Both the position numbers and the translations under genes were made by a program. DNA of 63,953 bases, filler included, from Nemertoderma westbladi (Eukaryota; Animalia; Xenacoelomorpha): the NCBI GenBank assembly GCA_032718475.1. It is 4 parts of 4 records of this genome, joined end to end, with 100 filler letters (N's around TTAATTAATTAA, not from the genome) between each part and the next. Parts side by side here need not be neighbours in the genome. Positions count along the whole stretch, not along the records: positions 23,391 to 43,213 come from JAUCBJ010005108.1; positions 43,314 to 54,900 come from JAUCBJ010000502.1; 2 more parts are not named here. One strand, written 5' to 3'. This document shows, in pieces, positions 35,261 to 49,113 of this stretch; the first letter of the stretch is position 1, and each line of letters begins with the position of its first letter. The notes beneath the pieces were generated by a model, which saw only the letters and a program-made list of their open reading frames with translations, was not told the DNA's origin and did not search any database.

Positions 35261-37807
35261 TAATTGAATTTAGAAACTATTTATATCGTACTATCGTACA
35301 TATGAAAGTGGAGGAGGGGTGTATAGGAAGGCATATTAGAAATGGAGAGGGAATTGGGGATGTCAATATAGTTCCTAATAGGAATATTGATTATATAAGT
35401 TAATGTGCATAACAAGGGAGATAATGGGAGTGCAGGATGCCTACATTTTTTAGACAATTTTGAGATTTTGCATATCTAAATCAAATATTAAAAACAATAT
35501 AATACATTAAGAAAACTAATGGCTTTATATTACCGGTCGGTATATAACAGTGGCTACACCTCTGCCACAGTAATATAATACTGTAGGATAAAAGCTTTAA
35601 TACTCAGAAATTTCGCCCCTCTTACCTGTAATTTAGCTCCTAGAATTTTACTGGAGGGACAGTTACACCGCCATTTCGACCGTTTCCTCGTGTTTTGAAA
35701 AAAACACACTCCGCCACTTGATGCAGGGGACTTGTTACCCCTTATTCATTTGTTTCTAGCCAAACAATTTTTTCGCGCACCAACCCTATTGCGATTACTT
35801 TTTTTTTTAGCAGCAAATGCGGAAATTTATAGTCTTTATTCACCGCACTATTCAAAATTAACTCATGTTGAAGCAAATTAACTTACCAGATATTACCAGC
35901 ATTGACAAGAACATTGCGAACCGTATAAATATATATTCAGTCAGAAAAATAATCCAAATATAAGTCCAAGTATCATCATCGAATTATGGAATAGTTTGCC
36001 TGGATAAACAAATAATTAAAAATAACCACTTTATAGCCCATATACATATTCTATAATATAAACATATAATATAACACTAAGGTAAGGCCTTCTTCAATCA
36101 GCATATGAGATAAATCTAAGTTTAAACTAGAATGGATTATTAACGAAATATGAGCAGATTTGCACTTGCAGATGAGCCAAACACTCACAAATACCCAGCT
36201 ACAGATGGAGATGAGCCAAACACTCACAAATACCCAGCTAGCTCTATTAGATAATATCTCCCAGTTATATCAGCCATTGAGGAGTAGTAAAGACAATGAA
36301 AAAATTATGTTTTTAATTTATTGATATTTCGCCCTCAGATGCAGACTGGAATACTGCAGGCAGATTGATCAGTCTTTTCACCCAATTTCTGCAAACTGGA
36401 AAAGTTATTCTGTAACTGTAAATAGCAATCAAATCGATAATATATATTTAGTTCATTGTGTGTAGCATAGCACTTTATCGAACAAAATACGGCAATAATT
36501 GTACAACATGTATAACAAGTTTGGAAATGTACTCCAGGATTCTTGAGCAGGGGAAATAATTTTATATTGGCTATCCACCCACATGCCTCTGCTCAAACCA
36601 TCAGGTTACAAGGTTGTGATAAGGCTGATCCTGATCCACCAGCGTTGGAAGCGACTGACCAGACTTACTTTTTAAAGCTTTAGTCCACACTTCTAAAGCT
36701 GTGCTTTACTTAGAATGATTGCAAAATACTTACTATTATAATCTATAACATTATATCTTACCACCATTGTATTAATATTAGGTGTTTTTTATTAATTATA
36801 ACCGTTCGCCGATGACTCGTGTCATACACAACTCATGATCAACAACTCACATTTATAAAAATTACATTTATATTAGTACATTTTTGGAGTAGTTTTGGCA
36901 CTCCATTAAAAAAAATGTAGCCAAAATCACATAAATTGCATTAATTTAAATTTAACATGTGCGGAAACTGATATAAACCATGTTATTTAAGAAATTAATC
37001 AGATGAAATTTGGTGATGTTTAATAATCCTATTGGTACATAATGGGAATAAGTTATCGATTATGAACTCATAAAGCTTAGACTATAGATTTATCAACGTA
37101 CGTCATTCATTTCTGTTCACTAAACATGATGGTGAACAGCCGCATACTTGAGATACACTGCGGGCGACAACGTGCCAGTGCATAATATAGATTCTTATAT
37201 ATTAATTTGAATATAAATTAAAAATGATAATGATTGGGAAGAAGAGCATATATTTGTTCCAAATCTGATGAAAAGGAAACCTTCTAATGTTTAGTTTGTC
37301 ACAACTGATTCTTGATAAAAAATTTCCATATTAGCTGGACGATATTAAACTACTGTATGTTATTCCCCAAAATTTTGAATAATATAAAAGCAATTCTGAT
37401 GAAAATAATATATTATATCATATTTTTATGGACAAAATAATAAGTGTAATTATAATTTACATGGAGTAACAATATCAGTAATCAGTAATCATCTTTCTTT
37501 TACGCGGTCTGGCTGATGTTTTAAAATGATATCCAAATTTTTCTGGAAAATCCCATCATCCCTTTACAGTATTTTGGGTTGCGTTTGCATGACATATATA
37601 TAGTCATATAGTAGGTAATTGGGGTCGTTTGAATACATACAGTAAATAGAAAGTAATTGAGAACATCCCCAAAGGCAATATAATTGCTTGTATCTCTTAT
37701 TTGATTGCACCGCTTTATGTTGAGCATGCATCCCTAGCAAGCATGTGTCGGCCCGAACGAATATGGAACGAATAGGTTTCCTCTCTACATACTCTCTCTA
37801 CTCTGCA

Positions 37808-38290
37808 ATATAGTGTCGTTATCACTATGTCACTGGTACCAGCCTCCCCCTCTCCCCTCCCAATTTTGGCCTCATTATTTAGTTACAAGCGTTTAAAAAA
37901 AGTGTCTTAGACGATATTGCCGCCTGTCGTACTGCGGGTATTCTTCAACCTTATAGTGATTATAGTTGGTATACATTGGGAAGTGCAAGGACTCCAAATT
38001 TGTAAAAATATTTATATTTTGTTGGGAAATGGCTGAGATTATGGGCATTCGAAATTTTCATGTATTTGCTTCCGCTGCGCTTTATTCTGGATTAATGCAC
38101 AATATTCTGGAACATTCTGTTTATGTTGTAGCTGGGCAATAATGCAATGCCTATATGATAATACTAGTATAAGGATATACATACAGAAGCAAAATGGTCT
38201 AGAACATGGTGTATTCAATAAATAGAACAAATAACCTGTAGTGGAAGCCAATACATTGGGAAGCTCTCAACTTTCGAATGCCCATGTCTT
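37808..38290. repeat. Diverged partial relative of the 32.2-33.1 kb fold-back MITE
   Basis: Shares TATAGTGTC, AAGCGTTTAAAAAAAGTGTCTT, GCTGAGAT..GG.C.TTC.AA and TAGAA...AATAAATAGAA blocks. Confidence 0.55.
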
Positions 38291-40971
38291 TCTGGCAAGA
38301 TTCAACCGTTGAGCCTGCAGTGTAGTGCGTGGTTTAATTTAGCATTATATTATTTTATGCCATGAATAGCATACATATAATTATTAATTGTAACTATATA
38401 AGAGTTATTTGCCGCTAAATCTTAGGCAGTACTTTAGATATTGTATTATTATTAAATAAATTAACATTATTAAAATATCATTAAAATATCATTATATTGT
38501 ATATTGTATTTTTATTAGGGTGTAATTATTGTTTGGGAGTCAATCATATCTTGGGTCCGTTGGAAAATAGTTCCCCAGTACTGCTGAATCGACCACAATG
38601 CAGTAGCAGCAGTCGTAAATGCATAAATAAGTTATATCTAGTTAGTGGGGATTGACGTTATTTTATAAATAATTAACTGTGTCGATCCTGTGGTTGGTTG
38701 GGCTGTTTATTTCCCGAAAATAATAACTCTGAAGATATTCACGATGACATAATTTATTGTATTTATCAAATGTCTCGATACGGTGATGGGGTGGGGGGTG
38801 GGGGGACTTCCGATGCGAATAAAAGTCATCCCACTTCAGGGGAAAACCGATGCAAATAACAGCTTATTATACTTAAAAATAAAACTTGTTCTTGTAACTT
38901 ATTCTATTCACTAGTTTATTGTTAGTCTTTGTTTAATGTTTTGGTTAGAATAACGCGTCACTGTAACTTGCTCATTTCCATTAATTCATAATTTAACATT
39001 ATGAACAACCATTTTGTTACAACTATCATTCATATCAGTAATTATTTTCAGTAATTTTATGCGTTTTATATTTAGCTCTATCCAGTATTTACATAGAAAC
39101 TCTAGCATAATTCTACTTTGTATTCCACTGTGTATTCTACTGTAATATTTTATTTACTACATTATTTTATAATTTTACCCATGTGGGATAATATACTAAA
39201 CGAATCTCATAATTTCAAATTGAGGCGAGAAATAAATTCACCGAGATGGGATTTGCATCCAGTTCCTGTTCCAGTTTCTCTCTGTTATGCCATAATGTGT
39301 ATATAATAAAACTTTAAATATGTAAATGTTGTTCTTCATAGGCCATTTCCGTGGGAGAAGTAATTGGAATTTTCATTCGACTGCAGTTCAACATACGAAT
39401 ACGGCGACATTTCTCTCCCAATCCAATTTAGAATTGTACTACCATTCTGTCTTTGCCAGGATGCGTCAACTTCCTAAAACCTTGATTTAATTTCCGTTGG
39501 CCCGAGGATCTATTTGTCCGATGGCCATGTCCGCCAGTTACCTTCCAATTTTATTTGCATTAACAGGAAAACGGGAGCGGTAAAAGCTAAGTGCATTTAT
39601 AGAAGTTACCCACAACTCTATCAGTATTAGTACTGCTGAGAGTGATGGCTCGCTTATTTGTTTGGTAGGTAAACAGGTTTTCTTCATTGAGGCGTAAAAA
39701 CAGTTGGCAGTGCGACAACAGTGTATTTGCGTCACTAACACTAATTGACAACATTATACAGCACTAAATAAAACGAGTTATTTATTTGCATTCATTGACA
39801 CCGACCGACCGCCAATCCGGTAAAAACATCCCTCACCACCTACCGTTAAATTCTTGGAAATTCATTCTTGGAAATTTAGCATTTGCAATGACTGTGCATG
39901 CAGCTGTTGTTTATTGCCCTGAATAAGAATATTCAGCGACGGAGACAAGAAGGAAATTGATTCTAACGACCCCTGTTTCCAATTTGCAATACTTTGCCGG
40001 GCCATAAAAAACATGCTGGAACATTCCCCCAAAGGGATAGTGCAGGGAACATTAATGATTCCCTTGTGCGTTCATACTGTGTTGCATTGCTATTGAATGG
40101 CGAATGATTAAATTCCTCTGAGAGACTATAAACCTAAAAAGCTTGATGTTTCGGCTATTCTCCCGCTCCAATAAATTGGTTTATAATGTTAAATTACCTT
40201 GTCTTTTAACTTTCTTTTACTTCTTTTTTTACCTCTTATAAATATAACTTTGATCCACCATAACCTGAGTGCTGACTGCTCTGGTTAGTATAGTCTGGTA
40301 GATGTAATAAATATGACACAATTTCTCAATTATTGAAAACCAATATTCAAAATTCATAAGTGTCAACCTGGCTGATCATGTGAACCTGCTTCTAGGCATA
40401 GACAGTATACACATGAACAGCATGCACTATGGTGCAATGCCGTAAAATAATACCCAGTCAGAAACGAAGCTGAGCCAAATCAGAAATTCCAAGTTTGTTT
40501 ACCAAGTTCAGCGATATTCTCCATCCTTCGGCGAGCAGCCGGTGAGGTAAAAGGTATTGGGTGGCTACTATGACTGTATAGTGTATACTCGTATAGCCAC
40601 TATAATTTTAGAACATATGGCCAATTATTTCTTATATGTGTGGGCATATCCATCATTGTACAGTAGCCCTACACCCTTTTTAACAAGCTTATTGGTCTAG
40701 GTACCTTTGAGGAATCCGGTGTCAGTAACTGTGGATTACCACCTTTAATGAAGTAGCCAACTTTTCTGATTTACAGATCCTGGTTGATACAGCTGGTCGA
40801 CACTTGAATCGTCACACTTATTTATATCAGTATATCACCACCAAATATCATATGGATGAATAACAGGCATAACTTGGTAGAATAAGGAATGACCTTATTT
40901 CTCCAGATGAAGCAGTTCCACATTAATTTCCTTAAAACATGATCATATACTTATCTCTATCTTTATCCGAG

Positions 40972-43213
40972 TACTAAAAATAAAGTAACTATATCAACAT
41001 AGTTTGGGTACAGTCTAGAACTTTCATTATATTTGCTACTAAAAATAAAGTAACTATATCAACACAGTTTGGGTACAGTCTAGAACTTTCATTATATTTG
41101 CTACTAAAAATAAAGTAACTATATCAACATAGTTTGGGTACAGTCTAGAACTTTCATTATATTTGCTACTAAAAATAAAGTAACTATATCAACATAGTTT
41201 GGGTACAGTCTAGAACTTTCATTATATTTGCTACTAAAAATAAAGTAACTATATCAACACAGTTTGGGTACAGTCTAGAACTTTCATTATATTTGCTACT
41301 AAAAATAAAGTAACTATATCAACACAGTTTGGGTACAGTCTAGAACTTTCATTATATTTGCTACTAAAAATAAAGTAACTATATCAACACAGTTTGGGTA
41401 CAGTCTAGAACTTTCATTATATTTGCTACTAAAAATTACCGAGAGCGAGAATAACATTATATTTGCTACTAAAAATAAAGTAACTATATCAACACAGTTT
41501 GGGTACAGTCTAGAACTTTCATTATATTTGCTACTAAAAATAAAGTAACTATATCAACATAGTTTGGGTACAGTCTAGAACTTTCATTATATTTGCTACT
41601 AAAAATAAAGTAACTATATCAACACAGTTTGGGTACAGTCTAGAACTTTCATTATATTTGCTACTAAAAATAAAGTAACTATATCAACATAGTTTGGGTA
41701 CAGTCTAGAACTTTCATTATATTTGCTACTAAAAATAAAGTAACTATATCAACATAGTTTGGGTACAGTCTAGAACTTTCATTATATTTGCTACTAAAAA
41801 TAAAGTAACTATATCAACATAGTTTGGGTACAGTCTAGAACTTTCATTATATTTGCTACTAAAAATAAAGTAACTATATCAACATAGTTTGGGTACAGTC
41901 TAGAACTTTCATTATATTTGCTACTAAAAATAAAGTAACTATATCAACATAGTTTGGGTACAGTCTAGAACTTTCATTATATTTGCTACTAAAAATAAAG
42001 TAACTATATCAACATAGTTTGGGTACAGTCTAGAACTTTCATTATATTTGCTACTAAAAATAAAGTAACTATATCAACATAGTTTGGGTACAGTCTAGAA
42101 CTTTCATTATATTTGCTACTAAAAATAAAGTAACTATATCAACATAGTTTGGGTACAGTCTAGAACTTTCATTATATTTGCTACTAAAAATAAAGTAACT
42201 ATATCAACATAGTTTGGGTACAGTCTAGAACTTTCATTATATTTGCTACTAAAAATAAAGTAACTATATCAACATAGTTTGAGTACAGTCTAGAACTTTC
42301 ATTATATTTGCTACTAAAAATAAAGTAACTATATCAACATAGTTTGGGTACAGTCTAGAACTTTCATTATATTTGCTACTAAAAATAAAGTAACTATATC
42401 AACACAGTTTGGGTACAGTCTAGAACTTTCATTATATTTGCTACTAAAAATAAAGTAACTATATCAACATAGTTTGGGTACAGTCTAGAACTTTCATTAT
42501 ATTTGCTACTAAAAATAAAGTAACTATATCAACACAGTTTGGGTACAGTCTAGAACTTTCATTATATTTGCTACTAAAAATAAAGTAACTATATCAACAC
42601 AGTTTGGGTACAGTCTAGAACTTTCATTATATTTGCTACTAAAAATAAAGTAACTATATCAACATAGTTTGGGTACAGTCTAGAACTTTCATTATATTTG
42701 CTACTAAAAATAAAGTAACTATATCAACACAGTTTGGGTACAGTCTAGAACTTTCATTATGATTATTTGCTACTAAAAATAAAGTAACTATATCAACATA
42801 GTTTGGGTACAGTCTAGAACTTTCATTATATTTGCTACTAAAAATAAAGTAACTATATCAACATAGTTTGGGTACAGTCTAGAACTTTCATTATATTTGC
42901 TATTAAAAATAAAGTAACTATATCAACACAGTTTGGGTACAGTCTAGAACTTTCATTATATTTGCTACTAAAAATAAAGTAACTATATCAACATAGTTTG
43001 GGTACAGTCTAGAACTTTCATTATATTTGCTACTAAAAATAAAGTAACTATATCAACATAGTTTGGGTACAGTCTAGAACTTTCATTATATTTGCTACTA
43101 AAAATAAAGTAACTATATCAACATAGTTTGGGTACAGTCTAGAACTTTCATTATATTTGCTACTAAAAATAAAGTAACTATATCAACATAGTTTGGGTAC
43201 AGTCTAGAACTTT
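40972..43213. repeat. 65-bp satellite array, about 34 copies, running into the gap
   Basis: Unit TACTAAAAATAAAGTAACTATATCAACAYAGTTTGGGTACAGTCTAGAACTTTCATTATATTTGC; copies nearly identical. Confidence 0.98.
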
Positions 43214-43313
43214 NNNNNNNNNNNNNNNNNNNNNNNNNNNNNNNNNNNNNNNNNNNNTTAATTAATTAANNNNNNNNNNNNNNNNNNNNNNNNNNNNNNN
43301 NNNNNNNNNNNNN
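43214..43313. other. Artificial contig linker
   Basis: 44 N + TTAATTAATTAA + 44 N. Confidence 0.97.
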
Positions 43314-43560
43314 AGCCGGAGCCGGACATGCCAAGTCCGGCCGGAGCCGGAGCTCCGGTCGAACCCTAGAATCTGGTAATACTAATTTACTACCTAGCCT
43401 GCTAGCTGCCTAAGCCTACAAAATACTTTCTAAATAGATAAATAATGAGAATAATAGGGCTCGATCGGAGCTCCGGCCTCCGGCTCCGGCTCCGGCCATT
43501 TTGGCACCTCCGGCTCCTGCTCCTGCTCCGGCTCCGGTAAAAATAGTGCCGGAGTTAATT
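43314..43560. mobile_element. Ends of hAT-like non-autonomous elements with (GCTCCG)n subterminal repeats
   Basis: ...GGAGCTCCGGTCGAACCCTA (to 43368) and TAGGGCTCGATCGGAGCTCC... (from 43456). Confidence 0.65.
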
Positions 43561-44217
43561 TTTTAATAAAGTATTATATTTCGTGCATATTCTAATCTGA
43601 ACAATTATTTACACTATAAGTACAGAAGTACTGTCAGACTGTAGTAGGCCTACAGCTTCAATATCAAGCATAATACTGCAGTATTTACTTAAAGTCAATG
43701 ACTGACTGACTGACTAGCAGACTAGACCAGTAGACTAGTAGACTAGCAGACTAGTAGACTGCAGTACTGGTACTGGCCAGCAGACTGACTAGCAGACAGT
43801 CAGGGAGATCATCAAATTTGAGAATACCTCAAATTTCAAATTATAGACCCAATTTTGGAATTACCTCAAATTTAATACAAGGTTAGGTTAATTCTCTAAA
43901 TTTGAGTTTTACCCCAAATTTGAATTTCATAGCAGCATAGTCAGATACAGACTGACAGACATAGTTGGCCTAGTTCAGTAGTGGTTAGCTTGTTACTGTA
44001 TTGCAAAGGTAAAAAAATAAACTGATGTAGGCCTAGTGCTAGTGTCTGAGTGTTGTGAAATATAATATTTCTGTATTTAAAACATAGGCTATTCAGTATT
44101 AGTTTAAAAAGGCTTGTACTTAAAAAGGCTACTGGTTGGGTGCAGTGGGGTGGTATGATCCTATGATCAGATGGTAGACATATAAAACGAAGTACAGAGC
44201 TTAAAGAACTTATATTT

Positions 44218-44424
44218 TTATATTGTTACTTTTTTGCTTGAATATGCCCTAAAATCGGGAGAAAAAGTAGGCCTACTTTTTTTCCCTACTGGTAGGAAAA
44301 AAGTTGCCCCCATAATATCTGAATATTGTAACTTTTTGTTGGGCACAGCTTTTGCAAAGTCGGCAACACAGCAACCTGCAATAATAATGAATAATATTGC
44401 CACATAATAATGTACCAGAGCCAT
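44218..44424 (-). CDS. Possible secreted peptide-precursor exon
   Basis: ATG, hydrophobic leader ending A-K-A, then KK-LQYSDIMGATFFLPVG-KK. Possible GTAAC donor after SSKK. Short and without homology support. Confidence 0.3.
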   Translation of the reverse strand: MALVHYYVAILFIIIAGCCVADFAKAVPNKKLQYSDIMGATFFLPVGKKSRPTFSPDFRAYSSKKVTI

Positions 44425-44484
44425 AATTTTGCATTGATTTTACTTTTTCTCCCGGTAAATAAAGTAAAATAAAACATTGGCATT

Positions 44485-44739
44485 GGCACTTGTCAAATAG
44501 GGGACCCTCCTAGCTCCTAATCTGCTAATCCTGAAATCACCTAAACTAAAGTCACTTTCACTAGTGCCCGGATACAGGGGTAGCAAAGGAGCAGGTTACA
44601 GAGGTGAGTTGAAAGTAACCAAAAAACAATAATCAAGAGTTAGGAATATTGATATCACCTGCACTAAATTTCAGGATTAGCTGGTGATTTCAGGATTAGC
44701 AGATTAGGGGGGTCACTTATTTGATTTGACACAAGTGCC
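44485..44739. mobile_element. Small MITE
   Basis: GGCACTTG..TCAAAT / ATTTGACACAAGTGCC termini and internal inverted CTAATCTGCTAATCCTGAAATCACC. Confidence 0.7.
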
Positions 44740-44949
44740 CAAATATTTTTGGTGGAATTTCTAAAATTTCATTGAATGTGTTGATCGAAATTTGAGCAAA
44801 ATCCATCCCTACACACTATTGCAATGCAACTTTAGTGCCTGCAGCTGCAAGGTGTACTCCAAAGATGAGATAAAGCCTCGAGAATAGGTTAGTGAAAACG
44901 GTTATACTTTTTGCCCAAGTTGTAAATGATTTTGGTTCCTCATAAGGTC

Positions 44950-45460
44950 AATTTAAAAGGATGTATGTATGTATAGTATAAACAAACAGTAACTTAGATT
45001 TCTAAAACATTTCAGATGTCTGGATAAGAAAGCAGAGTCTAAAGACTGTTTAAAAGAATAGCGATTAGTGATGATGATGTTTCTACTGTGTTCCAGGTCC
45101 AGCATGTTCCATATGTTAATGACCCTGATAAAGAAGAGGTGATGTATGGATTTGGAACCTGCAGACATGGCAGATGGGCGGGGCATGGCCTTTGCTTCAT
45201 AATTTTATATATATGGCCAGGTCATGATTGCATTGGATGTCTGGCTGGGATATTAAAATAGTCTGCGAGGATGTTGCACATTGTTGTAATGGAGGATCAG
45301 GTTTAGATCTATACATAAGTTTAAAGCACATTATCAAATTGAACTTTAATTGATGTATACTGCAGTAGGTAGTGGTTCCAACTTTAGAGTCTCCAGTCGT
45401 ATAAGAATAACTAACAAAAGAATCAAGTCCACAATCCACATATATACTTTGCAGCAACAT
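44950..45460 (-). mobile_element. Old CR1-like 3' fragment
   Basis: NLIMCFKL and HLFFIRVINIWNML correspond to CR1 ORF2 C-terminal motifs. Confidence 0.5.
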
Positions 45461-45569
45461 TTGTCTAGAATGGGCTCCAAGAGTCCAAACTGTGGAAGAA
45501 TGATAGTACAGTATTCCAATTGACAGATAGAGCTAGGACAGGCGAATATTACATAAGTTAAAGAAACTT

Positions 45570-47511
45570 GGTTAAAGAAACTTGTTAAAGAAACCTCCTA
45601 AACATAACCCGGATAACTATCGTCCCATATCCCTTACTTGTATCTTGGCTAAGGTCTGTGAGAAGTTTATTCGTGATGCACTTATTTGTCATTTTGAAGG
45701 AAATAATATTTTCACTGATGCCCAGCACGGAGCTCGTGCTCACCGTTCTACAGTTACACAGTTACTAGAAGTAGTGGAAGACTTCTGCAACTTTGTAGAT
45801 GAACTGCATTCTCTTGGAGCTGATGTTGTGTATCTCGATCTAAGACGAGCCTTTGACACTGTCTCACACACCCTGCTACTGCATAAATTAGAGAGTTATG
45901 GTGTAAAGGGCAACGTTTTAGTTTGGATAGGTAACTTTCTTACTGGGCGTACCCAAACTGTTAGGGTTAATGGAGTATTAAGTGGGACTCGAATGGTGAC
46001 CAGTGGCGTTCCTCAAGGGACTGTTACTGCGCCAATATTATTCTTGATCTTCGTTAATGATGTTCCTGATATGATCACATCTTGTTGTAAGATATTTGTA
46101 GATGATACGAAAATATACAGACAAATTTCTAGTACGGACGACACCAACTTCTTGCAAGCAGACTTAAACCGGCTTGTTGAATGGGCAAACAAATGGCACT
46201 TACAGTTTAATTTTTCAAAGTGTAAAATACTTCACCTTGGTCGTAGAAATCCATCAACGCCATACTACATGTCTAACACAGTTCTGGATGCAGTATGCGA
46301 AGAGAAAGACCTTGGTGTTACTTTTAGTTCCAATATGTCATTCTCCGCTCATTGTTCTAATATTGCTGCTCGTGCGACACGTATTCTTAACTTAGTAAAA
46401 CACACATTCACGTTTATGGAACCGATAATGTTTACCAAGTTATATAAGTCTATAATTCGTCCGCTACTCGAATATGGTACAGTTGTATGGTCACCGTATC
46501 TTCAAAAGGATATCGAGCACATAGAACAAGTGCAACACCGCGCAACCCGTATGGTACCTTCACTACAGCATCTGTCATATGAGGAGCGTCTTCGTTCACT
46601 TAAAATACCGACACTGATTTACAGACGAGCTAGAGCGGATATGATATCAACATACAAGTTTGTTCACAAACTTGATAACGTAGACTATAGTAACTTTTTT
46701 GAACTCAGAAGCCAGCGTCACTCATATTCGACAAGAGGTTCATCCTGTCATCACTGACATTGTACAAACGAAACACCGCGGGTCAACATCTGTTCCACAC
46801 TAACAGTTTTGCGTCTCGTGTAATAAACTTATGGAATATGTTGGATGAGAATGTTGTTAATGCTCGAGATTTTCATGGTAATCCTAGTGTAAACTTATTT
46901 AAAAATCGTCTTGATTGTGCCATGAAGTCCAAAATGAATATTTATAGTGATATACCAGTTAGACAAGTTGCCACTGCCCAGTTTACATTCCATCGGTACT
47001 TATATTAAATTAAATTTTTCTTTTGTATCATTGTAATTACAATTTTTACTTAATTAAATATCAGGTTCTTTGTTTTTAATATTTTCATATGAAGTGCACG
47101 GTATTTTTTATTATTTTTATTATTTTTTATTTGTTTTTTTTAATATTATTGCACACATCGAAGTTTTTACTGTATCGTTCTTAATAGAAACATTTTAATC
47201 ATAACGTGCCTTTTATGTTTATTTTTTATTGCAATATGTAAAATTATCAACATTGTGATTTTTACTTACAATCTACGTCGTATAATTTTGAACCCCACTA
47301 TCTGTTTATTGTTTATTTATGTTTGTAATATGTTATATGTTTGTACCTATAATGTATGTAACTTACCTGCAGTACTTCATAAAAGAAATATACGCATATG
47401 CGTAGAATCCTTATAGATTTGCCAGTTCATTGTGTTTTATAAGAATTTATGTGCTGTATGTATTAATTTTAATTTGCATTTGGCGTATTAAACTAAACTA
47501 AACTAAACTAA
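45570..47511 (+). mobile_element. 5'-truncated CR1 LINE
   Basis: RT ORF 45582-46757 (NYRPISLT, YLDLRRAFDTV, SGVPQG, FVDD, EKDLGV, RPLLEY..VWSP), C-terminal FASRVINLWNML, and (TAAAC)4 tail at 47489-47511. Confidence 0.92.
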
Positions 47512-47992
47512 GTCTTCATCAGGCTGTCAGATGAGGAATGGCTTCATTTGATATACAAAGTTTTAAAGAGGACATCAACAACCAGAAAACATATTTTTTT
47601 CCGAAGATGTGTGATATGAATGATGAACAGAACAGATGAATGCCAGAATATGTAAACTTCCAAATTCTGGAATTGATTCAACATCTACAAGAAATAGTAG
47701 GCCTTCCTGAGTCTGTAACTGTGCAGCTGTGTGAGCTTGAATCTCGCAACAGTGAGGATTTGGTCTACTGTTCTTCTTACCAACAGTAAGGCTGTAAGGA
47801 TAGCGAATTTCTCTAGTCTTCTGCATTTTTCTCACCAATCACTAACGGAGTTAACAATCATTAAAGTTATTGACTGTAAGTTGCTGTGCTGTAAGGTTAA
47901 GCCTACCCTGCATACATGTCATGTCACAGGTTACACTGGCCAGCCATTATCACCAAGCTCTATAAGCACTAAGCAGCAAAGCCTACTGCAGT

Positions 47993-49113
47993 CAGGGATG
48001 GCAAAAACCATGGTTTTTTGAAAAAAAAATTTTGGTTTTGGTTTTATTGTTTGGTTTTTTATGGTTTTTTTCGGTTTTTTATGGTTTTTTATGGTTTTTC
48101 TGTGGTTTAATTAAATCCAATACAGCAATACATACAAATGTAGGGTCTACGTACGGTACAGGACAGGTACAACAGTCTGACAGTACAACCCTTGCTGCCT
48201 TGCGCTTGCCCAATAGAACAAAATACTGCAGTACTGGAATAACTGAATAAGGCCACATACAGTATGCTGGTTTGAAGCGTTTCTTCTGCTGTTCTGTCCT
48301 TACTCTCATCCAACCCATCAGCAACAAAATACTAATGGGACTGAACACTGATACGATGTCGATGGGATTGTTGTGACAAAATACTAACAACATACAACGT
48401 AAAAATACATACCAACGTCCAGACGTCTGCACTGCTCCACTGCACGCCAGGCTGCAAACCACCACACCACTGAAGCGCGCACAACGGCTGCGCACAATTT
48501 TTCAGCCGCACAGTACAGCGGTATTGGACAATATACCGCGCATGCACCGAAAAAAACGCGCACACAACATTTTAACAATGTAAACGAGAAACATACTGAC
48601 ATACGCCAGCAAAGCGAGCAAAACCTTTTCATTAACATTGCAAAATGAACAGATGAAAAAGAAACACTGAAACACGAGCAAAACTCAAAGTGAGAGAAAT
48701 TTGTTCATTCTAACAGCTGCGAACAGTGCAAAAACAGCAAAATGATAAGATAAAGAAACGCGAGCACAACTCAAAGTGAGCGAAATTTTTTCCTTCTAAC
48801 AGTGCAAAATGAAAAAGAAACGAGAGCAAAACTCAAAGTGAGCGAAATTTGTTCATTCTACATGTAACAGTGCAAAATGAAAAAGAAACGCGAGCAAAAC
48901 TCTGTTCGAAATTTTTTCATTCTAACCGTGCAAAATGAAAAAGAAATGCGACTACCAGTCTGCTTTATATTATTTACAGCGTTAATTGTAAAATTTTATG
49001 AAAAACCATAATAAACCATAAAAAACCAATTTTTTCGCCTTTTTTTAAAAGTTGGTTAAACCAAAAAACCATAAAAAACCAATGGTGAGAAAAACCATTG
49101 GTTGCCAACCCTG
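47993..49113. mobile_element. hAT-like MITE
   Basis: CAGGGATGGCAA / TTGCCAACCCTG termini with TGGTTTTT / AAAAACCA subterminal arrays. TSD imperfect. Confidence 0.75.

Noticed and set aside
39330-40110. Possible gypsy integrase remnant (LTHPGKDRM) on the minus strand
   Set aside because: Only one weak motif amid stops.
40972-43213. CRISPR-like regular array
   Set aside because: Units are contiguous with no unique spacers, there are no cas genes, and the context is eukaryotic.
47575-47838. Second VGKK-containing ORF resembling the 44.3-kb peptide
   Set aside because: No ATG or signal peptide, only a few shared residues, and it lies on the wrong side to be a downstream exon.
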